From the human T2T-CHM13v2.0 reference genome, Homo sapiens: a stretch of DNA of 64,000 bases. The DNA lies in NCBI RefSeq assembly GCF_009914755.1, contig NC_060934.1. One strand, 5' to 3'. Positions within the stretch are counted from its first letter, which is position 1; each line of letters starts with the position of its first letter. Positions 1 to 12,246 of this stretch are shown here, one piece after another. The notes under the pieces are model-generated. The model worked only from the letters and a program-made list of their open reading frames with translations, was not told the DNA's origin and searched no databases. Position numbers and translations under genes: made by a program.

Positions 1-84
1 AATTGTGTGCCTTCTAGAAACCCTAATGATAAATTTGCTGAGAAGGCGGACAACTGTTTGTTGCCTTCTGTGATCCAGGCATAC

Positions 85-236
85 ACTTCATTTGATCTTC
101 ATAATTATCTTACGGGGTAAGTACTGTTTTTCCCATTTTGCAAATAAGTATACTGAGGTCCAGAGAGGTTAAGGAATCAGTCCAATTGAAGGGCAGTATA
201 AAGTCAAATCCTTTACTTTTTTTCATTATCACATGC
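85..236 (-). mobile_element. MIR SINE fragment
   Basis: cccattttgcaaataag...ctgaggtccagagaggttaag is the reverse complement of the MIR core. Confidence 0.7.
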
Positions 237-504
237 TAAAGATAAAGTGTTTAATTATGCCAATTGACTTCTAGTCTAGAAAACAGAACTGAAAGTTGAA
301 TTGGAACATCTCTTAAGTTTATACTCTGAAGACAGAGGTTGGCTTTTGCCCTCAACATGGAGCCAACTGCCAAAGCAGTGCCATCTGTAATGATGTTGGC
401 AGATAACTGTACATTAGTGAGGACTGACAAGCGAAGAGGGTATCCTGGGAAAACTTTGGAAGGTGGTGATATGGTGCTGTGAAGAGCATGCCTCTGAAAG
501 TGGG

Positions 505-655
505 TAAAAACTTGCATCAGTAGTGCCTGGGTGCCTACTAAAAAAAACACAGCTTCCTGGGTGCCAATGATAATCGACCAGATCAGAATCTCTGGAGGTA
601 TGGCCCAGGCAACTTCCTTCCTAAGAAGTAACTTCAGGTACTTGAGAAGCATATT
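505..655. mobile_element. MER5-like hAT-Charlie MITE fragment
   Basis: tcagaatctctggaggtatggcccaggca resembles MER5A TCAGAATCTCTGGGGGTGGGGCCCAGGCA. Confidence 0.45.
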
Positions 656-1664
656 AACTTCTGAGGGTTATTGCTTTCATGTATGAAGCTAATAGGAACC
701 TAGAAGAACCTGTGCTTTGAAACTTTACATGCCTATCTGCAAAGTCTGTTTTTCTCTAGAGAAATGTCTTTTCTATGCAAAGTGTGCATTCAGTACCACC
801 AATTCCCTGCATTTTGGTGCTCAGACCCTCAAAGACATAATTAAGGGGATTTCTTCTTTAAAAGCCTACTGTGTGGCATCTCATACAATTATATGGCCCT
901 TGCTTTTTGTTGGTCTTTTTTCAAATATAACATGCAGTGTTGCCAGGAACACCATCATATTAAAATATAAAATTACCTTTTGTGAAAAATGGAGTCAGGG
1001 CATACATCTGGGAATCCAACAAACTCTAAACTGGCTGTGTACAAAATTTTTTTTTTTAAGTTTGGAAACTGATAGCTGCCTGAAGGTTGCATATTTAAAG
1101 TCATTTTCCCTGCTTCCTTCATTTTCCCCCTGTGGCAAAGCAAAGCAGCACTTCTTATGGGGAAAAAAAAATTGAAAGAAAGAAAAGAAAACCTAATATT
1201 GGCATTCTAGTAGTAAAATAATGGTAAAGATTGAGCCTGGATTTTGTAATACTTTGGATATTGGAATATCCTAATTTCCAGTTGGAAAAATTAGTATCAA
1301 ATGTATTTTAGATGAAAAGTTCAGTGAATGCTGACCCATATTTTGAGATATAAACAAAAAACAATTAAAAGATAGCTATTTTAATGAAGGAAAATATAAT
1401 ATTTAAATAAAGTGTTTAGACTTCAAAGTAGAGTGTTGCTCACGTAATAGCCAGAATACCTCTGTGCATACATCTCGGAAGAGGCTAAAATGCCAGATGT
1501 ATTTTTGTGCTAATTTTCTCACCAGCTTCTGGAGCCAGTAGAGGAATTCAGCACATAATATCTCATAGAAGGTATCCCTCTCAGCATTTTCCCACGTTCC
1601 TCCTTCTGATTCATTGCTGAAAGCAGAGATAAGAGAGTTAACAAATAACTAGACTAATAATAAC

Positions 1665-2010
1665 CATAATAACAAACATTTATTGAGTGGTTACTGTGTG
1701 CCTGGCACCATGTTAAAGAGTTTACATAGATTATTTCATTTAATAACCATGTAAGTCCTATCATCCCCACTTTACAAATGAGGAAATCAGCAACCATTTC
1801 AGCTAATATTTATTGAGCATCTTCTATGTGTTGCATACTGTACTGTGCTGTTCCCTGTGTTATCTTTATCTTCAAAACATTCCATTTTATGGTTTATGGG
1901 TATTTATCTTTATTTTACATGTGAAGAAATTGAAACTGAGTGATTAAATGACTTATTCAAAATGCCATACTGCTAGATATTAGAGATTCCAGACTTCTTA
2001 GTTCCCCATT
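1665..2010 (-). mobile_element. Two tandem MIR fragments (about 1665-1790 and 1800-2010)
   Basis: Each begins with the MIR tail complement (aacatttattgag / aatatttattgag) and continues into the core (ccccactttacaaatgaggaaa; attttacatgtgaagaaattga). Confidence 0.75.
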
Positions 2011-2229
2011 TTACTTTGTCCTAAGATGATTTAAAATATCTTCCCATCTTGTCTATTCCTTCCAAGTTTATACTCCAAAGAAAAGACTAGTAATATCTCA
2101 TGTATCCAGTGATTCATCTTAAGGAAACTCGTTCCTCTATAGGAGACAACACTAGCCTTGGAAAGCCATCTTGGGATGCCTTAAAAGAAAAAACTCACAA
2201 CAAAACATGCATTATAAGATAGCAGTTGA

Positions 2230-2953
2230 CACAATGAGATGCCATCTCATGCCAGTCAGGATGACTTTTGTTAAAAAGTCAAAAAATAACAGATATTGGC
2301 GATGCTATGGAGAAAAGGGACACTTATACACCGTTGGTGGGAATGTAAATTAGTCTAGCCACTGTGGGGAGCAGTTTGGAGATTTCTCAAAGAACTAAGA
2401 GTTGAACTACCATTCCACCTGGCAATCCCATTATTGGATATGTATATATCCAAAGGAAAATCATTCTACCAAAAGGTAGAATGCACCTGTATGTTCATTG
2501 CAGTGCCCTTCACAATAGCAAAAACATGAAATCAACCCAGGTGCCCACCAACAATAAATTGGATAAAGAAAAGATGGTGTATACGTACACTGTGGAATAT
2601 TACATAGCCATAAAAAAGAACACAATCATGTCCTTTGCAGGAACGTGGATGAAGCTGGAGGTCATTATCCTAAATGAACACAGAAACAAAACTAAATGCC
2701 ACATATTCTCACTTAAAAGCAGGAGCCAAACATTGGCTACTCATTGGCATAAAGATGGGAACAGCAGACACTGGAGACAACTAGAAGGGGGAGAGAGGAG
2801 GGGCACAAAGGCTGAAAAATTATTGTTGGGTACTATGCTCACAACTTGAATGACAGGATCATTGCTACCTCAAACCTTGGCATCACACCATATACTAATG
2901 TAACAAACTTGCTCATTGACCCCCGATTCTAAAATTTAAAAAGATGAAAAAGA
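2230..2953 (+). mobile_element. 5'-truncated L1 (L1PA16/17-like 3' end)
   Basis: Degenerate ORF2 C-terminus (TMRCHLMPVRM...; MSFAGTWMKLEVIIL), 3'UTR aaagatgggaacagcagacactgg...gggtactatgctcac, and 14-bp TSD at 2216-2229/2954-2967. Confidence 0.9.
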
Positions 2954-2954
2954 A

Positions 2955-3110
2955 AGATAGTGGTTGATTGTAGAATTCTGTTTCTGTGTAAATCCTGCTC
3001 TGCCACTTTGCTAGCTGTGTGACTTTGGGAAAATAATTAATCTCTCTATCCCTTCATCATCAAATAAAATGAAGACAATGATAGCATGGTTGTGCACCTA
3101 ATAAGCTTTC
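2955..3110 (+). mobile_element. MIR fragment
   Basis: aatcctgctctgccactttgctagctgtgtgactttggg MIR core. Confidence 0.75.
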
Positions 3111-3359
3111 AATGAAAGGTATGAGTGGTGGTAGGTGTTGTTGATATTATTCCTACATTTAAATTCTTAAAAAGGTTTGCTTTTACAGTTCTTTGGTAGT
3201 TTTCTTATTTTATCTCTCAGCCCTCACCAGAAGAGTTAAAGAGGATAGATAACATGAAATAAGAGAATGACCATTAAGGAAAGTCATGAAACTATCATTA
3301 AACAATCAAAAATGGCTGTTTGTCATAATAACTTTGTCAATAAAAAAATTGAAATGTTC

Positions 3360-3661
3360 GGTCAGGCATGGTGGCTCACGCCTGTAATCCCAGCACTTTG
3401 GGAGGCTGAGGCGGGCGGATCACGAGGTCAGGAGATCGAGACCATCTTAGCTAACACGGTGAAACCCCGTCTCTACTAAAAATACAAAAAATTAGCCGGG
3501 CGCGGTGGCGGGCGCCTGTAGTCCCAGCTACTCGGGAGGCTGAAGGCAGGAGAACGGCGTGAACCCGGGAGGCGGAGCTTGCAGTGAGCCGAGATCGCGC
3601 CACTACACTCCAGACTGGGCGACAGAGCGAGACTCCTTCTCAACCAAAAAAAAAAAAAAAA
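3360..3661 (+). mobile_element. AluY
   Basis: Full dimer with AluY diagnostics (gatcacgaggtcaggagatcgagaccatc, ggagcttgcagtgag), poly-A, TSD gaaatgttc at 3351-3359/3662-3670. Confidence 0.97.
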
Positions 3662-4354
3662 GAAATGTTCTCTCTTCTTCAGGAAACCATGAACTGTATT
3701 TTAATGGTGTATTTTAGAAGTTTCTCACTAATTAATCAAATAAATTATTGCTGCTTGAAGTTAAATCAGCTTTGTCTGGAAAGTTCTTTTTCCTGAAGCA
3801 TCCCATCTCACCACAATACTAGATAAATAAGTTGTTACCCAACTCCTGTAGTGCTTTAGGTTTATTCAGGGGTGACAGACCCAAATGGGTTGAGGTTTAT
3901 ACTCATAATGTAGCAAATTTTGAGAATTGTTGCTGAGCTTAAGGAAGAATTGTGCTGGCCTAGCAGATGTGATTGGAGCAGTATTCAGCCCAAGGTTTAT
4001 GGTCCCTGGAATGAATTGTATTCATGGTCCTTAATGCTCACTGCCTATGTACCTGTCCTTGTATGCTATCTGCTCTATTATCCGAAATAAACTAAGCAAC
4101 TTGGAAATCAAGACTAAGCCCTAGATCTCTTTATTGTCCCGTTTTCCTGTCTAGTACCCTGCACTTAAATGTTCTGCAACTCTTGCTGATAATAGAGGGT
4201 ATGTTTATTAGGAAAAAAAAACCCTAATGGTATTCATGAAATAATTTTATTATTAGACATAAAATGACAATGGTATTTGCATGTTTGGTGAAAATATACA
4301 ATCCCTTAATAGATCAAAAAGAAATTGACTGAGGTACAACCTATCCTACTTACC

Positions 4355-4470
4355 TGGGAGGCAGTGTAATATAGTGAAAAGACCACGGAATCAAAGAGAT
4401 TCAAATTTTATTGCCAATTCCACCATTCACTGTCTATGGCTTTAGGAAAATTATTTGTCTCACACTTCCT
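4355..4470 (+). mobile_element. MIR 5' fragment
   Basis: ggaggcagtgtaatatagtgaaaagacc...tttaggaaaattattt. Confidence 0.55.
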
Positions 4471-5289
4471 CCTATTTCTTCTGGACACCTCCGTATTTTC
4501 TAGCAAGCTCAGTAATGCATCAAAAATGCATGTTAGTTGAGGTAGACCCAAGATCTAGTTGTGAAAGCCGTTCAGAACAGCAAAGCTGTCTTATTGCCTG
4601 AAAAAGTTTGTAATGTTTATTACAATTTAAAAACCCCTTTTTTGCCTAAGGTAATTTGAGATGGGTTCCTGTAATTTGAAAATATATTAAGACTAATACC
4701 ATTGGCTTCTGTGAGGAATGTTTTGTACTTTGTCTTCCCCCAGAAGCTTCAGAATATGATAAAGTACATTGTTAAAAGGTTAGGTTCTTTATCTGAATAT
4801 AATTGTTCATTCTCATAGATCTCTACATGTTTGTAGTGAATCATATTGTTTAAATTCCATTTTTTTCTAAATTACTTAAAGTACAGTACTCATTGTATAC
4901 TCAAAATCATTGCCTTCTAGATATTTGGATTGCAAAAACAAGCAAAGTTTTAAAAATAAAATCAAATAAGTTTGAGGAGTGGCACATGATTGGAAGCTGT
5001 TTATTACTTCAAGTATGTCTATAAAGGGGACAGGGAGAACTGACGTCTACTAATTCTGTATAAAGGAAATAATATTTGAATGCCACAAATTGGGCATTTG
5101 TAGCTCAGAACAAGTGATTGTCCTTTAATGCAAATATATTTAGTCTTAGGAAAAACTTGTTCCACTGTTCTTATTTTTAAATTTGAACCAGCACCAGTCT
5201 ATGGACCATAGTTTGGGAGCCACTACTCTAAAGCCATAGCAGTCTTATTCGTTCATTGCTAAATCAACGAACATTTGTTAAATACCCAG

Positions 5290-5450
5290 CAGAGGCTGGG
5301 TTTGGGAATCAAATAGACCTGGATTTAAATCCCAGCTTTCTTTGCTATGAGCTGTGTAACTTTGGGTTAGTCAGTTAACCTTTCTGAGCTTCTTTTTTTC
5401 TTATCTACAATAGTAGCTTAATAAGACCTTGCTAAAGTGCTTATTGTTTA
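5290..5450 (+). mobile_element. MIR fragment
   Basis: agacctggatttaaatcccagct...gctgtgtaactttgggttagtcagttaacctttctgagc. Confidence 0.75.
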
Positions 5451-5769
5451 AATCTACCACACGTTAAGTGATGGATGGAACCTATCAAGTGATACATACT
5501 GTATTAGGCACTAGGAGCAACATAAAATCGAATGGACATGACAGAAGTAAATGAGTGAGTACAGTGTAGGTGGATGCATTGGGTCAGAGAAGCCTTCAAT
5601 GTCCTGGTCTAATTATGTGTTTACCCAATGTACAAAGGAAATGTTGCGTGAATTTGACTTGGCTGGTACTAGACTATTGTTGAATTGTTTGAATTCACTT
5701 TTTGAATACTGGTCCTAATATTGAACCCTGATATTTGCATTTTCTCCTCAAAATGATTGAACTCAACCA

Positions 5770-6000
5770 TTTCATTTTACCAGATAAAATAAGGCCCTGA
5801 TGTGTTAAGTAGCTTGCCCATGTTTACACAGCCAGGTAGTGGTGAAGGAAGGACTGAGATTCCAGATCACTGTTGTAGTTTGCTTCACTAGCATGCAATT
5901 TCCATGACCACAAGGACCTTGTATGGTTTGCTCACCTCTATATCTCTCTTTGGTGCTAATAGTAGGCACTAAATAAATAGCTATGAAATGAATGATTGAT
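5770..6000. mobile_element. MIR fragment (minus, 5770-5870) followed by L2 3' tail (plus, 5900-6000)
   Basis: gttaagtagcttgcccatgtttacacagccag (MIR); agtaggcactaaataaatagctatgaaatgaatga (L2 tail). Confidence 0.6.
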
Positions 6001-6805
6001 TTCTCTTTTGAGATTTCACAGCCTAAAAATCTTTTTGCTTTCTCTCATCTAATGATGTCTCTTCCCTGGCACTGAAAACTGATGAAAGTTAGGTTGTGTT
6101 CCTGTAGTTCGTTTTCAGTTTCTGACATGCAGATCTAATTTATGGATCTTTTCATTATAATCTTTGTAGCTGTTTTCATAAATGTACAAGTCAAGGTTTT
6201 CTTCATGTGTGTTTAAATATCACTGATATTTATCCTCTCTTTGCAAGAGTGGATATTGATAATGGCCAAAGGTACAGCAGTTTTCTGCTTCCTTCAGTAA
6301 GCGTTTGTTCGCGTCCATTGTGTGTTTTCAAGAATGTTAACGTTCATCTTCATCCCTGCTGAGAGTGCTCTATAGGGAAACATGCTGGCTCTGTTTACAG
6401 TCCAGTGGAATTAATACTGCCCTCATTTAAATTAGCAATTTATTAACTAATTACAAAACAAAATTACCTTTTACCTTATGAAATTAATTGTTTAATATTT
6501 AACTTGAAGGATGGCACTATGTTATTCTTGTTATGAAGGAACATTCATAAAATCATTTCATTGTCTTTTTAATTTTCTCAGCAGCATTGGAGCCATTGAA
6601 ACGATTTTGCCTGATAGACTTCATATTTTTAGCATTCAAATTGTTCTGTTAAATTAATACTATTCCATTATTTTAGATGATATCTTGTTGAAGAGAATAG
6701 CTTCCAATTAGCAATTTATTGTGTAGAAAAGTTTAAACCTCTCGTGAATTTTTCTTTGTTTGTTCATTCTGTGTATCTTTTGCCCATTCCCACCCTGCCC
6801 CCTGC

Positions 6806-6812
<7 letters not shown>

Positions 6813-6838
<26 letters not shown>

Positions 6839-7121
6839 TTGAGAGGGAGTCTCGCTCTTTCGCCCAGGCCGGACTGCAGTGGCGCTATCTCGGCTCACTG
6901 CAAGCTCCGCCTCCCGGGTTCACGCCGTTCTCCTGCCTCAGCCTCCTGAGTAGCTGGGACTACGGGCAACAGCCACCGCGCCCGGCTAATTTTTTGTGTT
7001 TTTAGTAGAGACGGGGTTTCACCGTGTTAGCTAAGATGGTCTCGATCTCCTGACCTCGTGATCCGCCCCGCTCGGCCTCCCAAAGTGCTGGGATTACAGG
7101 CGTGAGCCACCGCGCCCGGCC
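6813..7121 (-). mobile_element. AluY (minor subfamily-like 3' end)
   Basis: Full CpG-rich dimer on minus; sense 3' end GAGATAGCGCCACTGCAGTCCGGCCTGGGCGAAAGAGCG; TSD approximately ccctgcctYttct at 6800-6812/7122-7134. Confidence 0.97.
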
Positions 7122-7586
7122 CCCTGCCTCTTCTAAAAGGGCCAGACCTAACATGTTCAAAATATTTGCTGTTTTAGCATGCATTTAATCATTAGATCGT
7201 TTCTAAGTACCTCCTAGGAGCCAGGCACTGTGCTAACATTCAGGAAACACCCAATTTAATAGCCTTAGAACTGTACCATTCTCAAAATAGAAACTTTGGA
7301 ATCTGAAGATAATAAAAAAATTTCCAAGTGGAAGTTGAAATTACATTTTAAATATATTCTTGGAATAAATATTAAACTCTCAAGAGTATCTTGGGGTGGG
7401 ATGGTGGAATGGTGATTACAAGGTACTACCTCCCATCATCTATAATGGTAATATTTTAATGATGCATTACTTTCCTAATCAGACGAAGATTAAAAATAAG
7501 ATGTTTTCTGATATTTCAAGAAGCATTCCTTCATTCTATATTTGAGTGCCAAATATGTACAGGGCTTTAGGCTATATATGTCACAG

Positions 7587-7830
7587 CAGTATTTTTCAAA
7601 TTTTGTTATCATGACCTATAGTAAGAAATACATTTCACGTCACAATTTATATTACACACACCCACACACACAAAACTGAAATAAATATTTTATGAAACAA
7701 TACTTAGCCTTGCTAACTACAGATAGTATATGCCAATATTTTCTACTCTTGTTGTTTTAAAAAAAGAAATGGCAGTCTTGATTTCTAAATTGATTTTATA
7801 ATCCGTCTATAAGGTCACAATCCACAGTTT
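7587..7830 (-). mobile_element. hAT-Charlie element (Charlie4z-like)
   Basis: Starts cagtatttttcaaa; ends ctaaattgattttataatccgtctataaggtcacaatccacagttt, the complement of the Charlie4 terminal region. Confidence 0.6.
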
Positions 7831-7924
7831 ATGTTAGGGATGCATAGATAAATAAGTTTTAGCTCTAACTTAGAGCTTGTATATTCCAAGAGGGAACATA
7901 AAACATGCCTACAAAGAACTCACT

Positions 7925-8100
7925 GAGTCCTCACGTGGTGGGGAGAGAGCTCTGATCTTTCTTCCTCTTTTTATAAGGACACTAATCCCATCATGGAGAC
8001 CTCATGACCTCATCTAAACCTGATTACCTGTACTATCACATCTAGGGGTTAGGGCTTCAACGTGTGAATTTTGGGGGACAGAGACATTCACTCTATAACA
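7925..8100 (-). mobile_element. MLT1A/MLT1A0 MaLR LTR fragment
   Basis: ttataaggacactaatcccatcatg...gttagggcttcaacgtgtgaattttgggggac...ataaca. Confidence 0.85.
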
Positions 8101-8644
8101 ATATTTTTCTATCAACCAACTTTAAAGCAACTGAAATTTTTTATTACATATCCTTATCCGCATGAGTTAGACATACCAGTCAAGCTTTCCCTAATATCTA
8201 AATATATAATTGTATAATGATTGAAGTATATACCACCAAGAGTAGACCAGGCACTCTTTGGTAAACAGTTAAAAGTGAGAGGGTTTTGGGAAACTAAGTC
8301 CAGGTTGAAGAAGAAGATAACATTTGGAATGGGGCCTTGAAGATTGGGAGCAGTTACAAAGAAAGCCATCCCCTGTGGGGATAACATTGTGAACAAATAA
8401 CATGCCAAGTAAAAAGTTGTGTTCAATAGCTTCTAATATGTTCTTATTAAAGGCATATGAATGACAGGGTGATATGATGAGGCCTATACTTAAGGAACAT
8501 TATCCTGGTAGTAGTGTGGGAAAGGAACTGGGAGATGGACAAGCTGGAAATATAATTTAATCAAAAATTGTATTTTAAAATTAGACATAGAATCATATGT
8601 ACGTGGTTAAATCAGCCAAGCAGCCTTCCAGGCAGTGAAGAATT

Positions 8645-8850
8645 GCAAGAGGGCATGATGCAGGGAAAAGACCATCAGACCACCAAATCCGTTCGCTGTT
8701 TAAGTTTCAGCAAATCATTTACCCATTTTCTATTCTCATTTCTTCTTTTGAATGGGGTTAATAACGCTTATCCGACCTCATAGACTTGCTGAGAAAATCA
8801 AATGAAAAAAGTCCGGAAATACTATGTAAATGTGAAGTAACTTTCTTATT
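8645..8850 (+). mobile_element. MIR/MIR3 fragment
   Basis: aatggggttaataacgcttatccgacctcatagacttgctgagaaaatcaaatga. Confidence 0.6.
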
Positions 8851-9591
8851 GTTTTGTTTGAACCTTTTTGAGCCCAAGAAGTGACCTGGTGATAACGATG
8901 CTTTAGGAGACGAATCTGGCCAGTGGCATATAGGACAGCTCAGAGGAGAAGAAACCCTAAGGAAAGCATTTCAGACAGTATGGCAGCAGGTCATAGAAGA
9001 AATAACTGAGGCTCGAATTAGGGCTGTGAGAGCAGGAATGAAGAAGAGAGGATGGATGCCAGAGACATCACTGAGGAAGAATCAACAGACGCAGCAATTT
9101 GGCTCTGAGGATAGGAGGTGGGGGGCAGGGATGAAGGGAGAGTTAGGAGAAACCCTATCAGAAATCCACGGTTTCTGGTTGAGTAAAAGGTATATATTGA
9201 TTGAGTAAACAGTAAAGGAAAATCAGGAGGAAGAATAGGTTTGGAGGGCAGAAAATACTGAATTTAAGATATTAACAAAGTGCCCAAGTGTTTTCATTGA
9301 GTAGCCAGTCAAACCTCTGGGATTGAAGCTTAGGAATGAAGTTATAGTTAGACATGTAGACATAAATCATTCTTGAACTGATAGTCATTTAAATCTATAT
9401 ATTTCAAACTTTATCCATATGAGTGCAACTTGTAAGCTTTTTGTCATATTTGCATGATACTTTTACTTAATATTTTCAAATCTATTTTAAGTTAGCTCAC
9501 TTTTTGAAAGCGTAGCCCCATTCTAAACAATAATATCTTGAATTTGATGTGATGGATATAGTTTTTAAGATACCCATTAGATGTATAATTA

Positions 9592-10405
9592 CCATATTGC
9601 ATGATTGTAAGATGTGTATCTTTTTACAATTTAACATTTCTGTAATTAGAGTGTTTTACAATTAATGGCATCTTACAAACTCTGCAGGCCAGCAACAGTG
9701 GTGATATACTTGTCATTGTCAGCACATGAGCCAACTTGCTTGCTATTCCTGGTGACATCAGCAGAAAAGTGTAAGTTTCTATCAACAAACCATTTAAGGA
9801 TCTTTATAGAAAAGAATATGAGTTTAATTGTCATCTGAAAAACCTTACTTTCTGGTACATGGAAACTTACAGAATAGTATCAGCAACATGGAAGATAATC
9901 CCAGAGACACACTTAAGAGATGCCGTATCCCAGTACCCTTGATGCAGCATCAGGTGCAGAGGACATTGATGACTGTAAGTTGAAAAGTGAATCAGAAGAG
10001 GTGGACACTTATGTGTGGAAAAATTCTAGGAAAACCTTAACCCATTCATTTTGCTTATATTTCCATTTTGTGTATGCACAAGAGAGATGTATGTAAGATC
10101 TCTGAGTCAAAAAGAGCTCATTGAATAAGCATAAAATAAAAATTTTAAATGATAAGAAAATATAGTGTCATAATTTAGTTGACAGCTGTTTTCTGAGTAG
10201 TGTATAAAAAATGGTGCATCTGGCTGGGCACTGTGGCTCACACCTGTAATCGCAGCACTTTAGGAGGCCGAGGTGGGAGGATGGCTTGAGGCCAGGAATT
10301 TGAGACCAGTCTGGGCAACATAGTGAGACATTGTCTTTTAAAATAAAAACTAAAAAAAGGTATATCTTACAATAGATGCTGACTAAGGTTAGATTGAACA
10401 AAGTT
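9592..10405 (+). mobile_element. TcMar-Tc2 DNA transposon (Kanga1/MER104-like), internally deleted
   Basis: TA then ccatattgcatgattgtaagatg...ggcatcttac terminus; pogo-type DDE remnant IPG...VSINKPFKDLYRKEYE at 9745-9822; 3' end atcttacaatagatg. Confidence 0.75.
10222..10358 (+). mobile_element. FLAM_C Alu monomer
   Basis: Single monomer ending ctgggcaacatagtgagac plus A-rich tail; degenerate TSD aaaaatggtgcatct/aaaaaaggtatatct. Confidence 0.88.
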
Positions 10406-11799
10406 TCCAAATAAAAAAGTGTCAGTTCATGTTCCACTTAAAGTCATCTCATAAATGCTACTTTTCAGAAACACATTTAAAATACGGGAATAAATAAGAT
10501 CACCCAGAGAATACTAATAGAGAAGAAAAGAGCCTTAGAACCCTAAGGAAAGTGCATTTCACAGGAGAAAAGAGAAAGTGGGAGAAAGTAAGTGAAGAGA
10601 ATTTGCAGATAACTCTGGGAAGTGCAGCATCATGGAAGCTAAAGAAAGAGATTTTTCAAGAAAGAGAAGTAACTTAGAATAATTAAATACTATAGAAGAC
10701 CCAGAGAGTATTCAAACAGGTAGGAAGTGGTGGCTTTTAGGAACAGAAAAGTTTGAGTAGTGGAAAAGTTGATCCTAGAATTTTCTTTTTAAGAAAAAGT
10801 GACTGGGGAAGAAAAAAAGGTGGTTTTGATGAGGATTAGAATTATTATTTTTTTTCTTACGTTCAGGCTAGAGATCCCTGATCATGTGTTGGGGCCTAGA
10901 GGTGGAAACTGGTAAAGGGGTAGTGATGCCAGCATGAAGGAACCTCATTGATCATTTCAGGACCTGGAAGATGTACAAAGGGATGGAATCAACAGCAGAA
11001 GTTGAAGATGTAACCTCAGAAAGGAGAAACACTTCCTCTGAAGCAGGGGTGAAAGAAGCAGAAGATAGATTTTGAATAATGTATAAATATAGAAGAGAGA
11101 ACTTCTGGAGAATCACCATGATTCCAAATAGGAAGCCAAGTTACTCCCTGAAGGTGAAAGGCAAGGTCAAGAACTTAGAAAGAAGATGGGAAAGGCTGAG
11201 AACAGTTGTGGTGGGGAATGTCAAGGTGACTCAGCAGGAGCGGGATTGGAAATTGCTGAACCATCGCAAAGGCCCAGCTGAGGTTAGGAAGCATTAATGT
11301 GTATTGGGCTCAATAACATGGTTTCACAGTTCTCCCCAGGATTGCTTGGCAGACCAAGAATGGAAGCCAAGAAAGTGAACAGTGGAAAGTTGATGCCTTT
11401 TGAGAACTAGCAGACTAGGAGTGACAGGAGAACAAAGAGGGAGTGACTGTAGGGTAGTAGGGAGTGCAAAGTTGAAATGGCTAACTGTGGGAGGCAGGCC
11501 AGATGGGGAGGCAGTGAAAGGCCAAATCAGGGTGACAGATAGGAGGAAAAGGGGGGCATCAGGTGATTGACATTTCACAGTGTGCATAGAGAACCAAGAA
11601 GGGAAAGAAGGAATGTGGGAGTCTGGTTGACTAAATGGAGATTTTGAGAATTTCAAGATTTTGAATATAGAATATTTAGGAATAACTACGTACTGGAATT
11701 ACGAATGTACATGTCTTCTTAGAGGGCAGTGTATATAGCCTGATAGTCCATAGCAATAGATTTGGATCTGAACCCAAGACCTACTAGCATTTATACACC

Positions 11800-12246
11800 A
11801 TATGATCATGCTAAATATAAGTTTGCATTTCCCACATGCACCCTGCATAGTTCCTAGGAAGATCAACTCTATGGATCACACCAGTGGGCTCCGCATGCCT
11901 TCTGGGTTCCAGTTAGGTCACCCCGTGGGAGCTCTGGCAGAAGATGGAACACAGGGAGGAGAGTGTAGTCCAGGTATGAATTCACTTGGTTCTCTTCCTC
12001 TGGGATTGCAGTGGGCTGGCTGCATCATTCTCTCTGCATAGCCCTTTCTTTCAGAGTCCTGATAACTCCTCCCTCCCTTCCCATATTCAAGCCTAGGGGT
12101 GATAACTTGTCCACTGTTACTTGCCCCAGGTTAGTGTGCCAGGCCTTGTGGTTTCCCACGCCTTTTAAATTATCTCTGTTACAAGGTCTGCTTAAATTAC
12201 CAATTTGAGTATGTGGTCTGATTTTTATTGGGACTCATAAAAATCA
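11800..12246 (+). mobile_element. LTR33-like ERVL solo LTR inserted into a MIR
   Basis: ctctatggatcacaccagtgggctccgcatgccttctggg...gcctaggggtgataac...tttgagtatgtggtctg; MIR halves at about 11723-11795 and 12247-12407. Confidence 0.75.

Larger units (their letters stand above)
7520..11660 (-). mobile_element. Long fragmented L2 LINE interrupted by younger elements
   Basis: L2 tail complement at about 7525 (cattccttcattctatatttgagtgcc), then purine-rich L2 antisense segments at 7830-7920, 8240-8560, 8880-9390 and 10480-11660. Confidence 0.6.

Noticed and set aside
251-1175. 133-aa and 152-aa ORFs
   Set aside because: No recognisable domain or splice context; one overlaps a MER5-like fragment and the other has a non-ATG start
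4744-4778. 35-nt candidate exon (cccccag|...AAG|gttagg)
   Set aside because: Weak donor, not frame-preserving, peptide KLQNMIKYIVK not recognised
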